From: Lingula anatina
Taxonomy: Eukaryota > Animalia > Brachiopoda
Direction: 5' to 3'
DNA length: 64,000 bases
NCBI GenBank assembly: GCA_051362555.1
Contig: CM120641.1
Location: 47,188,401-47,252,400, forward strand
In this document: in pieces, positions 38,986 to 51,300 of the stretch
How positions within the stretch are numbered: position 1 is the stretch's first letter
Layout of the letters: each line of letters opens with the position of its first letter
Translations under genes and position numbers: made by a program
The notes under the pieces: generated by a model
The model's input: the letters and a program-made list of their open reading frames with translations, nothing else
Databases searched by the model: none
What the model was told of the DNA's origin: nothing

Positions 38986-40438
38986 TAAATCTAATAACAA
39001 TTTGTAGTTTTTTATTTAAAATATCTTAAGTTAGCCGAATAAAGTGTGTATAGGGGTACATGTATACAAATAATTATAATAAGCGTAATAACATTCTTAA
39101 ACATCACGTTTAAATCTTCTGAAATTAACTCATCATTCATATGAAAATGTCAGAGGACATCTATTACCAGTCTAGCTGGGAAAATATGTCCGACTAGGAC
39201 ATCGATACCTATCTGCAGGACTTAGAATACTACGTAATGTATGTCCACTGGACGTTAAATCCCAGGAAATTATGTCCTAGGGCATGCGTTCCTAGGAATG
39301 GAAGAGCCAGGACATGCATTCCCAGGACTTAGTGTCCGCAGGACATTAATTTCTAGGAATACATGTCCTACGGACATGCATTACGGCGGACATCCATTCC
39401 CTTCACACCGGCTTAAGCGTCTGTCCCGCCTACTAAAAGCTGTAAGGGGGTAATTAACTATGGTGCGCGCTCGGCTGACTGCAATTTAGCGTGAACCCCC
39501 AGGGAGTTAGGTCGATCTAAATCTAAATCTCTGGATCGATCTAAATCTCTGAGAATGCACCCTAAGAGACCATTCCCAGAGCCTATCGTACTAAATGTGG
39601 AGCGATCCACTTCCACGGGGATTCTCGCTAAATTGCAATCAACTTAAGCGGCTACTGAAGCAACTAGGGGTAATTAATTATCGTTTAGCAGCTTAAATAG
39701 GCGTGTCATACCTCTAAGCCGCTTAAAGCTGAAAGTAATTTAGCGAGAAGCCTCTTGGAGGTGGACTGATCCTGTTAGATCGATCTAGGTATAGGAACCC
39801 AGTCTCAATCTACTCTTTTTCACAAATAGATAGAAGCGGCCTTCGCGTCTGCCCTAGACATGGCGGATTATGCCATAAGAGCCAACCCCGAGGTTGAACA
39901 AGTCCCTGGGGCTGGGTTTTCTTGCATGTTGTCCGGCAACGGGATGATGACACGGAAAGACAACGACTTCAACTCAAAATGGAACGTAGGCCTAAGCAAA
40001 CTGGTCTCCAGCGGCAAGTTTAAGAAATTATGCGACGATGCCGCTACAAAACACGGTGAGTCACATGAAAACAGCTCTGAAAAGCATTATTCTTCATACT
40101 CGGGATATCAGCTGAGATGTTGAATTTGGATAGCTTTCCTAATTAAAAAGTGAAAAACAACAGCCACGGTTACTAGATGTAACATTTTGTTTTCTAATGA
40201 TAAACAAGATTAAAATTCAGTCGGCAAAAAGTAGTCTAACATAAAAATTGTACAGCAAGAATATATCGGATCCTCACTGAACCGGACACGCTCGAAAACA
40301 GGCGAAATGAAATTGATGCCATTTCATACAACGTTATTTCGTCGCAATACTGTTAGGCGAAGGTTATCACTTTTATAGTTTTTATTTATAAAACTTCTTG
40401 TAGGTTCTCGTGGTTCTGTGACCTGCGTCGATGGCTAG
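34176..40438 (+). CDS. Solute-binding-protein family 3-like type II membrane protein, paralog 2 (complete, 334 aa)
   Basis: Exons 34176-34200 (MESGAAPA), 34454-34724 (TM ILKVLVAVCAIVAVVAIIIAAMAV, S/G stalk, RIFTIAIGHDGGSHEY), 35388-35437, 36127-36222, 36823-36993, 37386-37516, 39830-40055, 40404-40438. Total 1005 nt, all GT-AG, open frame. Confidence 0.88.
37724..39562. mobile_element. PIF/Harbinger-type MITE (same family as 12000-12214) split by a nested element
   Basis: TAA TSD (37721-37723, 39563-39565); segments 37724-37796 and 39408-39562 match the reverse complement of 12000-12214. Confidence 0.8.
37797..39407. mobile_element. Ginger1-like non-autonomous DNA transposon (nested)
   Basis: Termini TGTGAAAGGAATG / CATTCCCTTCACA inserted at the host MITE's CCGG site (CCG left, CCGG right). 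Subterminal GGACAT/ATGTCC repeats and internal (TA)n at 38906-38983. TGT..ACA ends with a CCGG target are described for Ginger1. Confidence 0.65.
39566..39806. mobile_element. Related Harbinger-like MITE adjacent to the previous one
   Basis: GAGAC..GTCTC termini, shared ATTCCCAGAG and TAGATCGATCTA motifs; ends ~23 bp upstream of exon 7; absent from the paralog-1 intron. Confidence 0.6.
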
Positions 40439-43400
40439 AAATATCATGAAGATTTCACCAAGAGCGGGAAAGAGACTGGAGAAGATAGATTACAGAGAAA
40501 AAAATACGAACTGACAATTAAGACCCATCAGAAAGTTCAGTTCCTATTGTTTTTTTCCCTGAAGACCGTCGTGTCATTTTCGGAAAGTGTACAAAGATTT
40601 CCACATAAAAAACAAAACACAACTCAGCTATACAGAACCCATGCTTATCATTTGTGGTCATATGTGATTCACGTGTATCGATGGGGTTCTTCTAGCATAG
40701 TACATTTTTAACCTGCTTTTAATATCCAATAAAATGCGCGAAGCAGGTCCGTTGGAGTAAGACAAAATTCAGACACATGCTCAGTAAGCATCTTGGTCAC
40801 CATACAGTTCAAACAGTAACAAAGATAAATAAGACATTATAGACCAATTGAGAGAGTCTATGTGTTTTCACCTGATACAATATTAGCCCTCTCTGGAGCC
40901 TTAAGATTTTCGACCTGTGAACATTTCATAGATTTCTAACTTACAAAGAACTAATTCAATTTGTTTTGAGTCTCGTCAGCGACGCACATTTTTTGTGATA
41001 TTGGCTCAATTTTGATTTGTTCACTAATTTTCACTATTTTATACGATAGTACCCTCCCATATGGCAAAAATAATTGGCAATTTAAAAGTTAATATGACAG
41101 CTATGTACATTGCACAAAATGTTTGTGTCAGTGACTTGACTTTATTGTCCATTTCTTGTTTAATGACCGGAACTTATTTTGTATAATGTCACAGTATCTA
41201 TATTGAAGAAGCGTTTGACTTCATACAGATGAACTAAGATATTTTCTAACAACAAAACATTGCGAAAGATGTTACATGTAATACATATTTAGGAGAGTGC
41301 TATGGAGCTTAGGCTGATTTGTATGTATGCTAGAGTCATTTTTCCTTTTTTTTCTATTTTTTTTCAATATTAAATGCTCAAAACTGTCTTATTAAAACAA
41401 ATGTCGCTTGTGAAAAATAAACATGTAGTGCAACAAATTTAGTATTTTTTTTTTTTTTTGTGATCAAGTTCTAGAAACCATGTGTTCTTTGCGGCTTGCA
41501 CTCACTACCAATGTGTACAGGGAAGGTTTTGCAAGAGTTTTTGCTAATGTATCAGTCATCACTTCACAAAACCTATCGGGGCATAGTGGGGGCGAACTTG
41601 ATGTGTCAGACAGGCACGCTCGGCTGTCACTTTGCTCTATCGATGCATAAATTAGCATAAATTATGCAAATTAGGTGCCAAAATACATAATATTTCATAT
41701 TTCCATTAATTTTTGGCCTAGAAACATGTATAGATTATCAAACCTGTCTAAATTAGGGACAAGGAACCCATTTTTGATAATTTGGAAGCAATTGGTGGCG
41801 ATTTTGTGCCTCAAATCCAAGATGGCCGCCACCCGCCATTTTGAAATTGCTAATTGCTAATCAATAACTCCATGGTCCCATAGAATCAATAACTTCATGG
41901 TCCCATAGAGTTAGAGTAACCATCACTGGATACAAATAACTGCGAATACGCAAAAAGTGCTCTGTTCAAAATAAACAAATTAACAAATCTTGAAACTGAC
42001 AAAGCTTACTTGTGTTTACCGTCTGGTTAATTGGACGTTTATTTAATTTGCTTTTTGGTGGCTTTTTGAGAAGGTATACTGGAAATGTTCCATTGATTGT
42101 ATGTATTAAAGGTAAATCCATTTGGCAGATTGAAATGCTCCATTTGACAGATTGGAAATTATATTCCAAAATGCATTTAAAATCGTACGAAGGTTAATTG
42201 CAGGCTATGTTGTGATGATATGCTAATGTGCGGACGAAATTGGCCAATATAAAAGTCACTTCCGTGTTTTGATTAAGAGGAAATAATCTTTAAAGAATTT
42301 TACGTTTTTCTTCCGTCGGCTTAACTACATGTATGTTCTTAAAGGAAATTGAAAAATTAGTATTCTTGCCAATCGGTATTCCTATGACAATTAATTGACA
42401 ATTATTTTTATTTTTTTCAAAATACAAAAGCTTATCATATATTAAATATATCATGGAATAAAGATGTGAATAACACGCGGAACACTGAATTCAAATTTAT
42501 TTTATTATGGACTCCATATATTCTTTACTGCCAGTAATTGAAGCCCTGTGTACTAGTATACCTACATGGCTAATGGCGGCCATCTTGGATTTTCACATTT
42601 GTTATCCACCAGATATTTGTGTTATGGAGGTAAAAAACAGTTTGAAAAATAGGTGAATTTAACTTTATTTCATAATGAAGCCCTTAAACTGAAGATTGTA
42701 TTCCAATAGTAAATGGCAACCACCTTTGAGTTTCCAAGATACAGGATTAAATAACTGATACAACACTGAGGAACATACTAGATTCACCACCGGTCGTTTT
42801 ACTGTTCAGTGGTTAAAGAATGCTGCAGCTATTTTCAAGAGACACGTTTATCTAATAGACTGCATGTTATCTGTCGGATAGCAGTATGCTTTGGGGTGTT
42901 TTAAAATCCCAATATTACAATTGTATGTATGTTTTCATCGGCACATACTGATTAAGATGTTATAAAATTCACTCAGTCATCATCATGGCGTGTTGATTTC
43001 TGGCGCATTACATCAAGTTGCCATTATACAACACGCCAACAGATTATTAAACAGCCTTGATACGCGTTGTCTCGTAAAGTATGACCCATTTTTATGCCAA
43101 AAGCAGTCGTGCGTGCAGTTTGTGCGATACCCGACAGAGAAGGGTAGGTTGTACTGCTTTAAGGAATATTATATTTAATACATCTACAATGCATAAGTGG
43201 ATTTGGTAAAACAATTAGAGAGGGTGAGACACAGACAGTAAATAAACAAAAGAAAAAGACAACCAACATTTCCATGGCGTAGCAAATTCCTCTTTGCATG
43301 CAGTCTGATCGAGCTGGGTGGATCTATTACCTCCCCCTGCCTCGCCTACCGCCTACTAAGGGTACTTGTACGGGTATTTCCCTTGCTTTTCCCTTCTCTT

Positions 43401-43619
43401 TACCTTCTTTGCTTAGAGGCCCTTAGTTAACGACAGGGGCCCATGTGTATTGACACTGTTATTGTGTGCTTATTTATTGTTCCGGCAAAATATGTTACAC
43501 ATACATTATACATAATTCTCTAGGCACATACATGTACCTAATGGCGTTATTTGTTTTGTACTACTCGAAATTCAATATTAAAACATCTTATTCAGCTTTC
43601 GTGAACATGTTTTCATCTC

Positions 43620-43664
<45 letters not shown>

Positions 43665-43899
43665 GCTTCTTATATGGCGCCTTATATTCTACCTCAAGGC
43701 GCCTTACAATGATAGACAATATAACTAAAATCATTAAAATGACTACAATATTTAAATTTGAAATTTTACAAAATGTGGCAAACAGCATCAAATGATATAT
43801 CACTGTCAATAAATATAAATTTAAAGCTTCATAGTGTATTACATATTTGTGAAGTGGGTCAACAGTCTTTCGTCAAGCGTTCAAATACCTGGTGCAAGA

Positions 43900-44230
43900 G
43901 GTGCTTTAGATACTAAAAAGTAGCGCCAATTTATGTATTTTAAGAACTGGTGAATATGTGAGGCTTAGTTACAGTCCAGCGTAAGCAAAAGTACACCTTC
44001 TCATTATATGGTATGATGCAACGTTTAGTTAACTACTGTGATAATTAAGAAAAGTGTTGCTATAATGCTGTTTTCTTTGTCCTATCCCGACCTCTTTCAT
44101 CACCCCTACACCGCAACACGACTAATTTCACATACTGAAACATCTTTGTATTCTCCTTGTGAACTATTATCAGGCAAGGTCTCGATTTTTTACCTTGTTT
44201 TTGAAATGTTTCAAAGACGGCACTGCAGGT
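43900..44230 (+). promoter_or_regulatory. Putative promoter / 5' non-coding exon of paralog 3 (homolog at ~61930-62280 for paralog 4)
   Basis: Conserved non-coding block upstream of paralogs 3 and 4 ending in AG|GTAAG donors (44228/44229 and 62278/62279). The first coding exons have upstream acceptors. Confidence 0.45.
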
Positions 44231-45312
44231 AAGGGAGAGAGATAGGGAAAGTGTGCGTGAGTATTTGCATGTTTTTTTTATAACCCTTCGATTTGTTAGG
44301 TGCTTGTCTTTCCCTGCCTGGTTAATTTAATTTCTAGTCTCTTAACATGCACTAGTTCTCATACTATTTAATAACATTTACATTTACTTATAAAAAAATT
44401 AACTGATGCTCTCTCTCAACGTGAAATGGAAGCGCTGCCATAGTAAGGCCAACGTGCACCCTCCCTCGTGCACACTTTTATTTACCATGGATATAGAATT
44501 ATATAGAATGCATGCCGCCTCCTTCACTGCAATCATTTCCTGGTTCAGTGACTTCATGTTAAGGTCCATTGAAGGCGTATTGAAAACTCACTCATTTACA
44601 TAACATGTTGACTGATTATAATAACATAATATGTAAATGAGTGAGTTTTCCATACGTCTTCAATTGACCTTAACATGTTATGTAGGGGTCCTTGTTCCTC
44701 CCTTCCCGGGTTCTTTTTGGAATATTGCTTGTCACTGATGCATGGTAGAAGGAATATAACAACAGCCTCACATCTTCAATTCCAAATCTAAAGTATCTTT
44801 ATTATGTACAAGAACTCAGTGTTTATACACAATATCTACAGGGATCTATATGCGTGCCACAGTGACAGCAACTGATTTATATACTGCTATGCAATAGTTA
44901 ACAAGTGAGGGTTTCTACTTATCAGGTTTAAGATATGCATTTGTCTCAGGCATACCTAGTCAGATAAATAATCATGACTGAAGGAAAGTGAATTATAATA
45001 TGTTGACTTATTATAATAACAATACATGTAAATGAATGAGTTTTCCATACGCGTTTACACTCAAATGAACCAGTCTTTTGGCGATCAGTTTTATTATTAT
45101 TATTGTTGTTGTTATTGACCAATACGTTCCGTTTCTTTCATCTAGAGTAATTCTTAACTGATACTGCGAGTGAAACAAGCTAGAAAAAAAAGCGTAGTGT
45201 TGTACGTATTTCTAACTTTTATTGTTTTATGTGGAAACTGTTCATGTCTAGGTTTGCAAAAAAGTTTTTTGTAAATATGTCTTATTGTTTTCATCAGAGT
45301 GAAATTTGAGTC

Positions 45313-48300
45313 ATGGAAGGTAGCACTGCTCCTGCAGGTACAGTAGCTTTTATATAACAAAGTACAAAATAACAAGAACACTTAATAAATCCGGGTACAT
45401 TTTTATACTCGTCATCATCATCATCATCATCATCATCTATATGAGCCCTGCTGTATAACGCTGGTGGTCAGTCCCTTCCACACCCTTGGTATATCTATGT
45501 CTATCATCTTAGTATGTCTCATCCGCTATATATATAGCTTTTAGAGGTATGTGCTTATTTAACTATGTAATTTGGTCTTAACATAATATATATATCTCAT
45601 TTCTTCATTGCTATTTGAACACATTTATCTGTACAACTTCCACCATTTGGATACAATGATTCCAATCTTATTATCATCATCATCATCATCATTATTATTT
45701 ACAACCATTATTAATAATTAAAGTTTTTTTATACTAATGATTCACGTTTCCCGACGGAACAAAACATCGGTTACATTGGTTTCATGTACATGTACCTGCA
45801 GCATTGTACGGTTTTATTTCTTGTTTGTACTGATGCGGTTGGTTATGTTTTCCATTTTGTCAAATGGTGTTTTTGTTGAGTCTTGAGAACATTTCTGTTG
45901 TAAATCTACCATCAGAAGTAATGAAAGTGCCTACGTATTGAATCGAGTGACTTTAAGTTATAATTTTGTACTGTTTGTATAAATGCCACAGACCGGACAA
46001 CTGTTTCTTTACTGAGCATTACGAGGTAATTATCTCTGTCTTTATACTTTATACAGGTGCGGACGTTCTCTCTACTTTCTCATATAAATATATCCAGTAA
46101 GGAGTAACAGGTTTTTATCAGTGTCTGCCACATATATTGACACCGTATCATCAGCATGTTCTTGTTATTATTGACCACATGGGATAGAAGACAAGAACAG
46201 CCTCTCGAGAAGTGAAAATTGCCAGCCTACAACATTGGTCAAAAAGGTTGTACCACCCCCATTCCCATGTACTTTTATTTACAAATGATCACCTTACAGG
46301 TGTATATTGTTATAAACGGTGCTTTTTATTCTAGATACCATGTCTAACATGATTAATGGTTCAAAAAATACAAAATAGTGGTGTGGATATGCACATTTTA
46401 TACCATTTAGTCAAATTCATAACAGGTACCCCCTCAAATCCAATGTTTCACTGTGATTTCCACAGATGTAAAGAAGTGTCTATTAAATTGAAAAGACGCC
46501 ATTAAATGTCACCAAATTTACACACAATTAGCATTAGGATGTGCTCGTTAAAGGTCACGTGCCTAATTAATAAACAACTAAGGTTGGAAAAAATTGGTGA
46601 CAAAGGTTTCTCAACTGATTCTGGTCCGTTGAAGGCCCAATATAACCCAAAAAAATTTCCCCCGTGAATCCCCCATGGCAAAGTCTAATTTTCCACAAAA
46701 ATCCAAAATGGCCGCTATTGAATGGGGTGGGTGGACTTGAAATCCATAACTTGGGAACCCAATGTCACAGAAACATGTTTTAAGTATCAACTCCTACTAA
46801 GTGAGGGATCCCCAATCTTTTGCAACTAGTTTCAAGTTCAATGAAGGTCAAGGTCATGATCTTATTACAAGGTCAAGGCATTTTTGGAGAAAAAAAACCC
46901 GTAATGTCTATATGACAGTTTCCCAATGTCACAGAAACATGTTTTAAGTATCAACTCCTACTAAGTGTGTGATCCCCAATCTTTTGCAACTAGTCTCAAG
47001 GTCACTGGAGGTCAAGGTCATGACCTTATTACAAGGTCAAAGCATTTTTGGAGCAAAAAACCATAATGTCTATATGACAGTTCCCCCGTTGTCATAGAAA
47101 CATGTTATAAGAAACAATATCAACCACGTGGGACACTGCCAAACACTTGCAACTATTTTCAAGGTCACCAGAGGCCGAGATTATAAAAAAAATTCAAGGG
47201 CATGGCATTTTCCAAGTCAATTATATCATATTATCTATAATTTGGTAACCGTATGTCACTAAAACATGCATGTTTAATGTATCAATTCCTACTAAATGAG
47301 AAGTCAACAATCAATTGCAACTAATTTAAAGGTCACTAGAGGTAAAGGTAATGACCGCTAATTACAAGGTCGTGAGATTTTCAAGCAAAACTCCATAATT
47401 TCTCAATTACCAAATGTTTAAGAAACGTGTTTAGCGTGCCAACAATGCCTTGTAAATGGGGTCCTGTTTATTGTTTGCAACTATTTCCAAAATCTAGGAG
47501 GTACAGGCTTGATCTTATTGCAAGGTCATCATGAAATTTAAGGAAAATTTGATTCTAGGGTGATCTAAGTACAACACATAAGATTGTTTAAGAGCAAAAT
47601 ATGCATCTCCATTCTTTATGACAAATGTTACATTTTATAGGGCTACCTGAGCTCATTATTGTTTGATGTAAATACTTCATTTTAATACAGGTACTATTGG
47701 CATAAGCTCTCTTTTTGTCTGCCCAATGATTGACCTTAAGCCTTCTTGTCCCACCTTTGTATGTATGATCTACTTTGGAGTATCTGTGTGCCATTGTAGA
47801 GAGGAGATAGTGGATAAAGCACATTTATTTGCCCATTTAATCAGTATCTGTATGTGGTTGCTTTTATGACAACCAAAGGCTAGCCATTACTAAATTGCCA
47901 ATGGTAAAATGTGTTGATTCTTAATGGTTGATTCAGTGCCTATAGCTCCGACTCTGCTCCATCATGGATGGGTGAGGTCTAAAAGCTATACCTTCTCCCA
48001 AGCCTACTGAGCATGCTGTCGAAAGTCGATACTTGGGTTAATTAGGTAATTTTAATGTACTGAGTGGAAAATTAGTAACTTGTCTTGTGTGAAGACAAAC
48101 TTGTAGATGGTGCCCTTTGAGTGTCCTTTCAGCATCTGTTTTCCTAAATACCCCAATTCTTGGTCCTGCAGTGGGATTCTGAAATAAGCAGCAGGCCACT
48201 TGCTGGGGAGAACTTGTTCACCACAAGTGAACTCTCTATTAGAAAGTGTAATATGTTTTGGTCGACAAACTTTAAAGCTGCTGTTTTTTGGTGTGCTCAT

Positions 48301-51300
48301 CTGTGTCAAAAGTAGTTATATGTTTTCATATCATGCCAGCTCCTGTCAGATTGGAGAACTAGTACTGAGACATGATCGCAAACTGGAAGTTTTTAGCAGG
48401 TCTGTTAGGATAGGAAACTGGCTACAGGCTCTCACCATCATCCTTCGTTTACTTTGCTGCATCTCATTCGACAGTCATTGTGACAAGCTAGCAGTCTCAA
48501 AAGGGGGGAGGAGGGCTTTTTCTGTAAAAGTGGACCCAGAAATATTTGTGTACCTAGATAAAATTTTACCCAAAATGCAACTGGCTACAGGCCTGTATTT
48601 GATGGTCAAAGCACCAAGGACAAGGGACGTACAAACAGTTGTAGTTGTGGGCGAGGATCTAACACGTATGTAAAGGACTTTGTATCCCTCAGTTTGAAGC
48701 TCATTATGTAGAAATAGCCTTCTAACAAATATCAGTTGATCAGGTGGTAATAAATGCTTATTGAATGTTGTGCATTAATGCAGACTGCCTTATCCTCAAG
48801 TTGCATTGTAGTAAATAGTCCAACTTATCTGCAGGGGATACATTTGCCCTTTAACCACTGTCCATCATGCAGTCAAATTGCTCCTTGAATTTGTCCAGGA
48901 AAATGTATTTCTTCTTTGAAAGGGACTCTTTTATTCGACCCATACCTAACACTGCTATGCCACAACAACATGTAGACCTACTGTTAGTATAGAGACCCAC
49001 AGCTAGCAATTGTGATAAACTTGTGGTTAGTAAGTTTGAAGATTCGAGAGAAGCACTGGAAGTGTATATCAATGAGAAATCAACATTTGATGGTTTTTAA
49101 AAGCTGGAGAGAAACGGTTACGGATGTTCAAATGGTGTAGCAACCTGACTTCTGGGCAAGAAGGTAAATACCATAAAAAGGTGCCATTCCACCTGGTTAT
49201 ATTTCCCCCCAGCCTGTGGCCAATATAAAACGTCCTCATTTCTAATTCCATAATATTTTATCTAAATATTTATGTTCCCAAAATGAGTTAATTCCCCCAT
49301 TGCAGTATTATAGAATGCTGTAATAAGATTTTGAATATTCCAATTTTTTACATGTCTTATGTGAGGCTACAATGGTTATTGTGTAATAGGCTGTCTTTGC
49401 CCAGTATGAAACAAGTTTATATCATGTTATTAAGCTTTAAAGGTCTCCCACATGTATCTGAAGTTTTTGAAGAAATGTAATTTATCTTGGGGAATAAACA
49501 CAAAGCATTGCTCGACTCCTCCCTGCAACAGAATAGGAAGTTTTGAACAATGTAGTTCTGACATATAGTGTAATATTCACACAAGGTTCAGGTACTTGAT
49601 GTTGTTTTTTTTCCTTTTAGTTCCTGTATAATGTAAAACACAGCTTTATTTAAACATATATCTGTATAACACTTAGTGATTTTGAAATGGGTACAGTATA
49701 CCCTTAAGCCTTGTAAACAGAATGTCATTGATTTAAATGAGTACTATGCAGTAGTGCCGATGCTTTTTCTGTAATGAAATATTGTTGTTTTTGATTAGTG
49801 TAAAATCATTTTTTCTTAAATGTTATGACAACTTTGTTATAAGGATATGACCCTGACCGGTGGTGATCCTAGAAGTAGTTTCAAATGATCGGCAATATGT
49901 AACTTAGTATGAATCGATACTTTAAACATGTTTCTGTGACATAGGGTTATCACAATATAGACATGATGGCATTTTGTTCAAGCTAAAAATGCCATGACCT
50001 TGAAAATAAGGTCATGACATTGACCTCTGGTGGCCTAGAAAGCATTTGAAAATTATTCGCAGAACATCACTTAGTAGGAAATCATATTTAAACATTCTTC
50101 TGTGACATCCAATTACAAAGGTTTAGATAATATGGGAATTTTCTGCTCGAAAAATGCAGTGTCCTTGAAATTAGGGTCATGACCTTAACCTCTAATGACT
50201 CTGAATAAATTTGCAAAATATTGGCGGTGCATTATTCAATAATAGAAATAAAAACTAAAATATGTTTTTGTGACATTAGGATACCAATATGTGGACATCA
50301 CGCAAAATGTATAGATCTTGTGATTAGGTCATGACCTTGACCTCCTGTGACCTTGAAAGTGGTTGCAAAAGATTGTGGATCGCTCACTTAGTAGGAGTTG
50401 ATACTTTAAACATGTTTCTGTGACATTGGGTTCCCAAGATATGGACTTCAAGGTGACCCACCCCATTCAATGGCGGCCATTTTGGATTTTCGCCGAAAAC
50501 AGGACTTTGCCATGGGGGGATTCATGGGGGAAATTTTTTGGATTATATTGGGCCACGGACCAGAATCAGTTGAGAAACCTTTGTCACCAATTTTTTCCAA
50601 CCTCAATGGGGAAAATATGCTCGTTTACTGGCCTAAATAGCGTGTGCGTCTACCGCGTACTGCAATTATCTCGTGTAGTTGGCGCGACAAGCCTTCAACA
50701 AGGGTAATAATATTGTATAGTGTGATAATTGCCCCATTCATCCTAAAGAGCGTGGCGGAATCGGTCCAGATTATTTCGGAATTGGTTCTCCTCTGGAATG
50801 CACATTCCAATTAATACCACAGGTGCTCGGTAGGATTAATATCAGGGCTCAAAGACGGTTGTCCCATCCTTAGAGCCCTGTTTTTGCAACAAATAACTTG
50901 CCAGACGAGAGCTGTGAGCAAGTGCGTTGTCACAATGAAGCCGGTAGCATCCCTGAAGTCACCTCCTGCAAATGGAGTGAGCTATCTTTTGAGAATGTTA
51001 CCGTAAAGTGCCCCAGTTACGTTTTGTTTCAGAAGGAACAATGTACTAATACCGCGGGTTTGGAATGTTCCCCAAATGCCGACTGAGCTAACACCTCAGG
51101 CGATATTATCCTGCACACACACTTTCAAGAGGCATTTTTCAACATGTCTACGGACCCTCACTTTACCTCACTTTATACATGAAATAATTTGATGCTGCAG
51201 CAAAACCGACCCCCTTCCAGTGATGTATGGCCAAGTTCAGGTCCCTGTGGGATCACTGAACGTAGCATTCTCATTTGATATCTCACTCCATCTTCAAGAA

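Noticed and set aside
34176-40438. Bacterial contamination or an ABC transporter operon as the source of the SBP similarity
   Set aside because: The domain is split by seven GT-AG introns containing animal TEs, and no permease or ATPase genes are adjacent.
43466-43809. Poly-Ile ORFs on both strands
   Set aside because: Artefact of the (ATA)n microsatellite.
44558-45050. Hairpin plus possible solo LTR absent from the paralog-4 upstream region
   Set aside because: Termini and TSD could not be defined with confidence.
48200-48673. 157-aa + strand ORF
   Set aside because: No recognisable motif; it lies antisense to decayed coding fragments inside a transposon.
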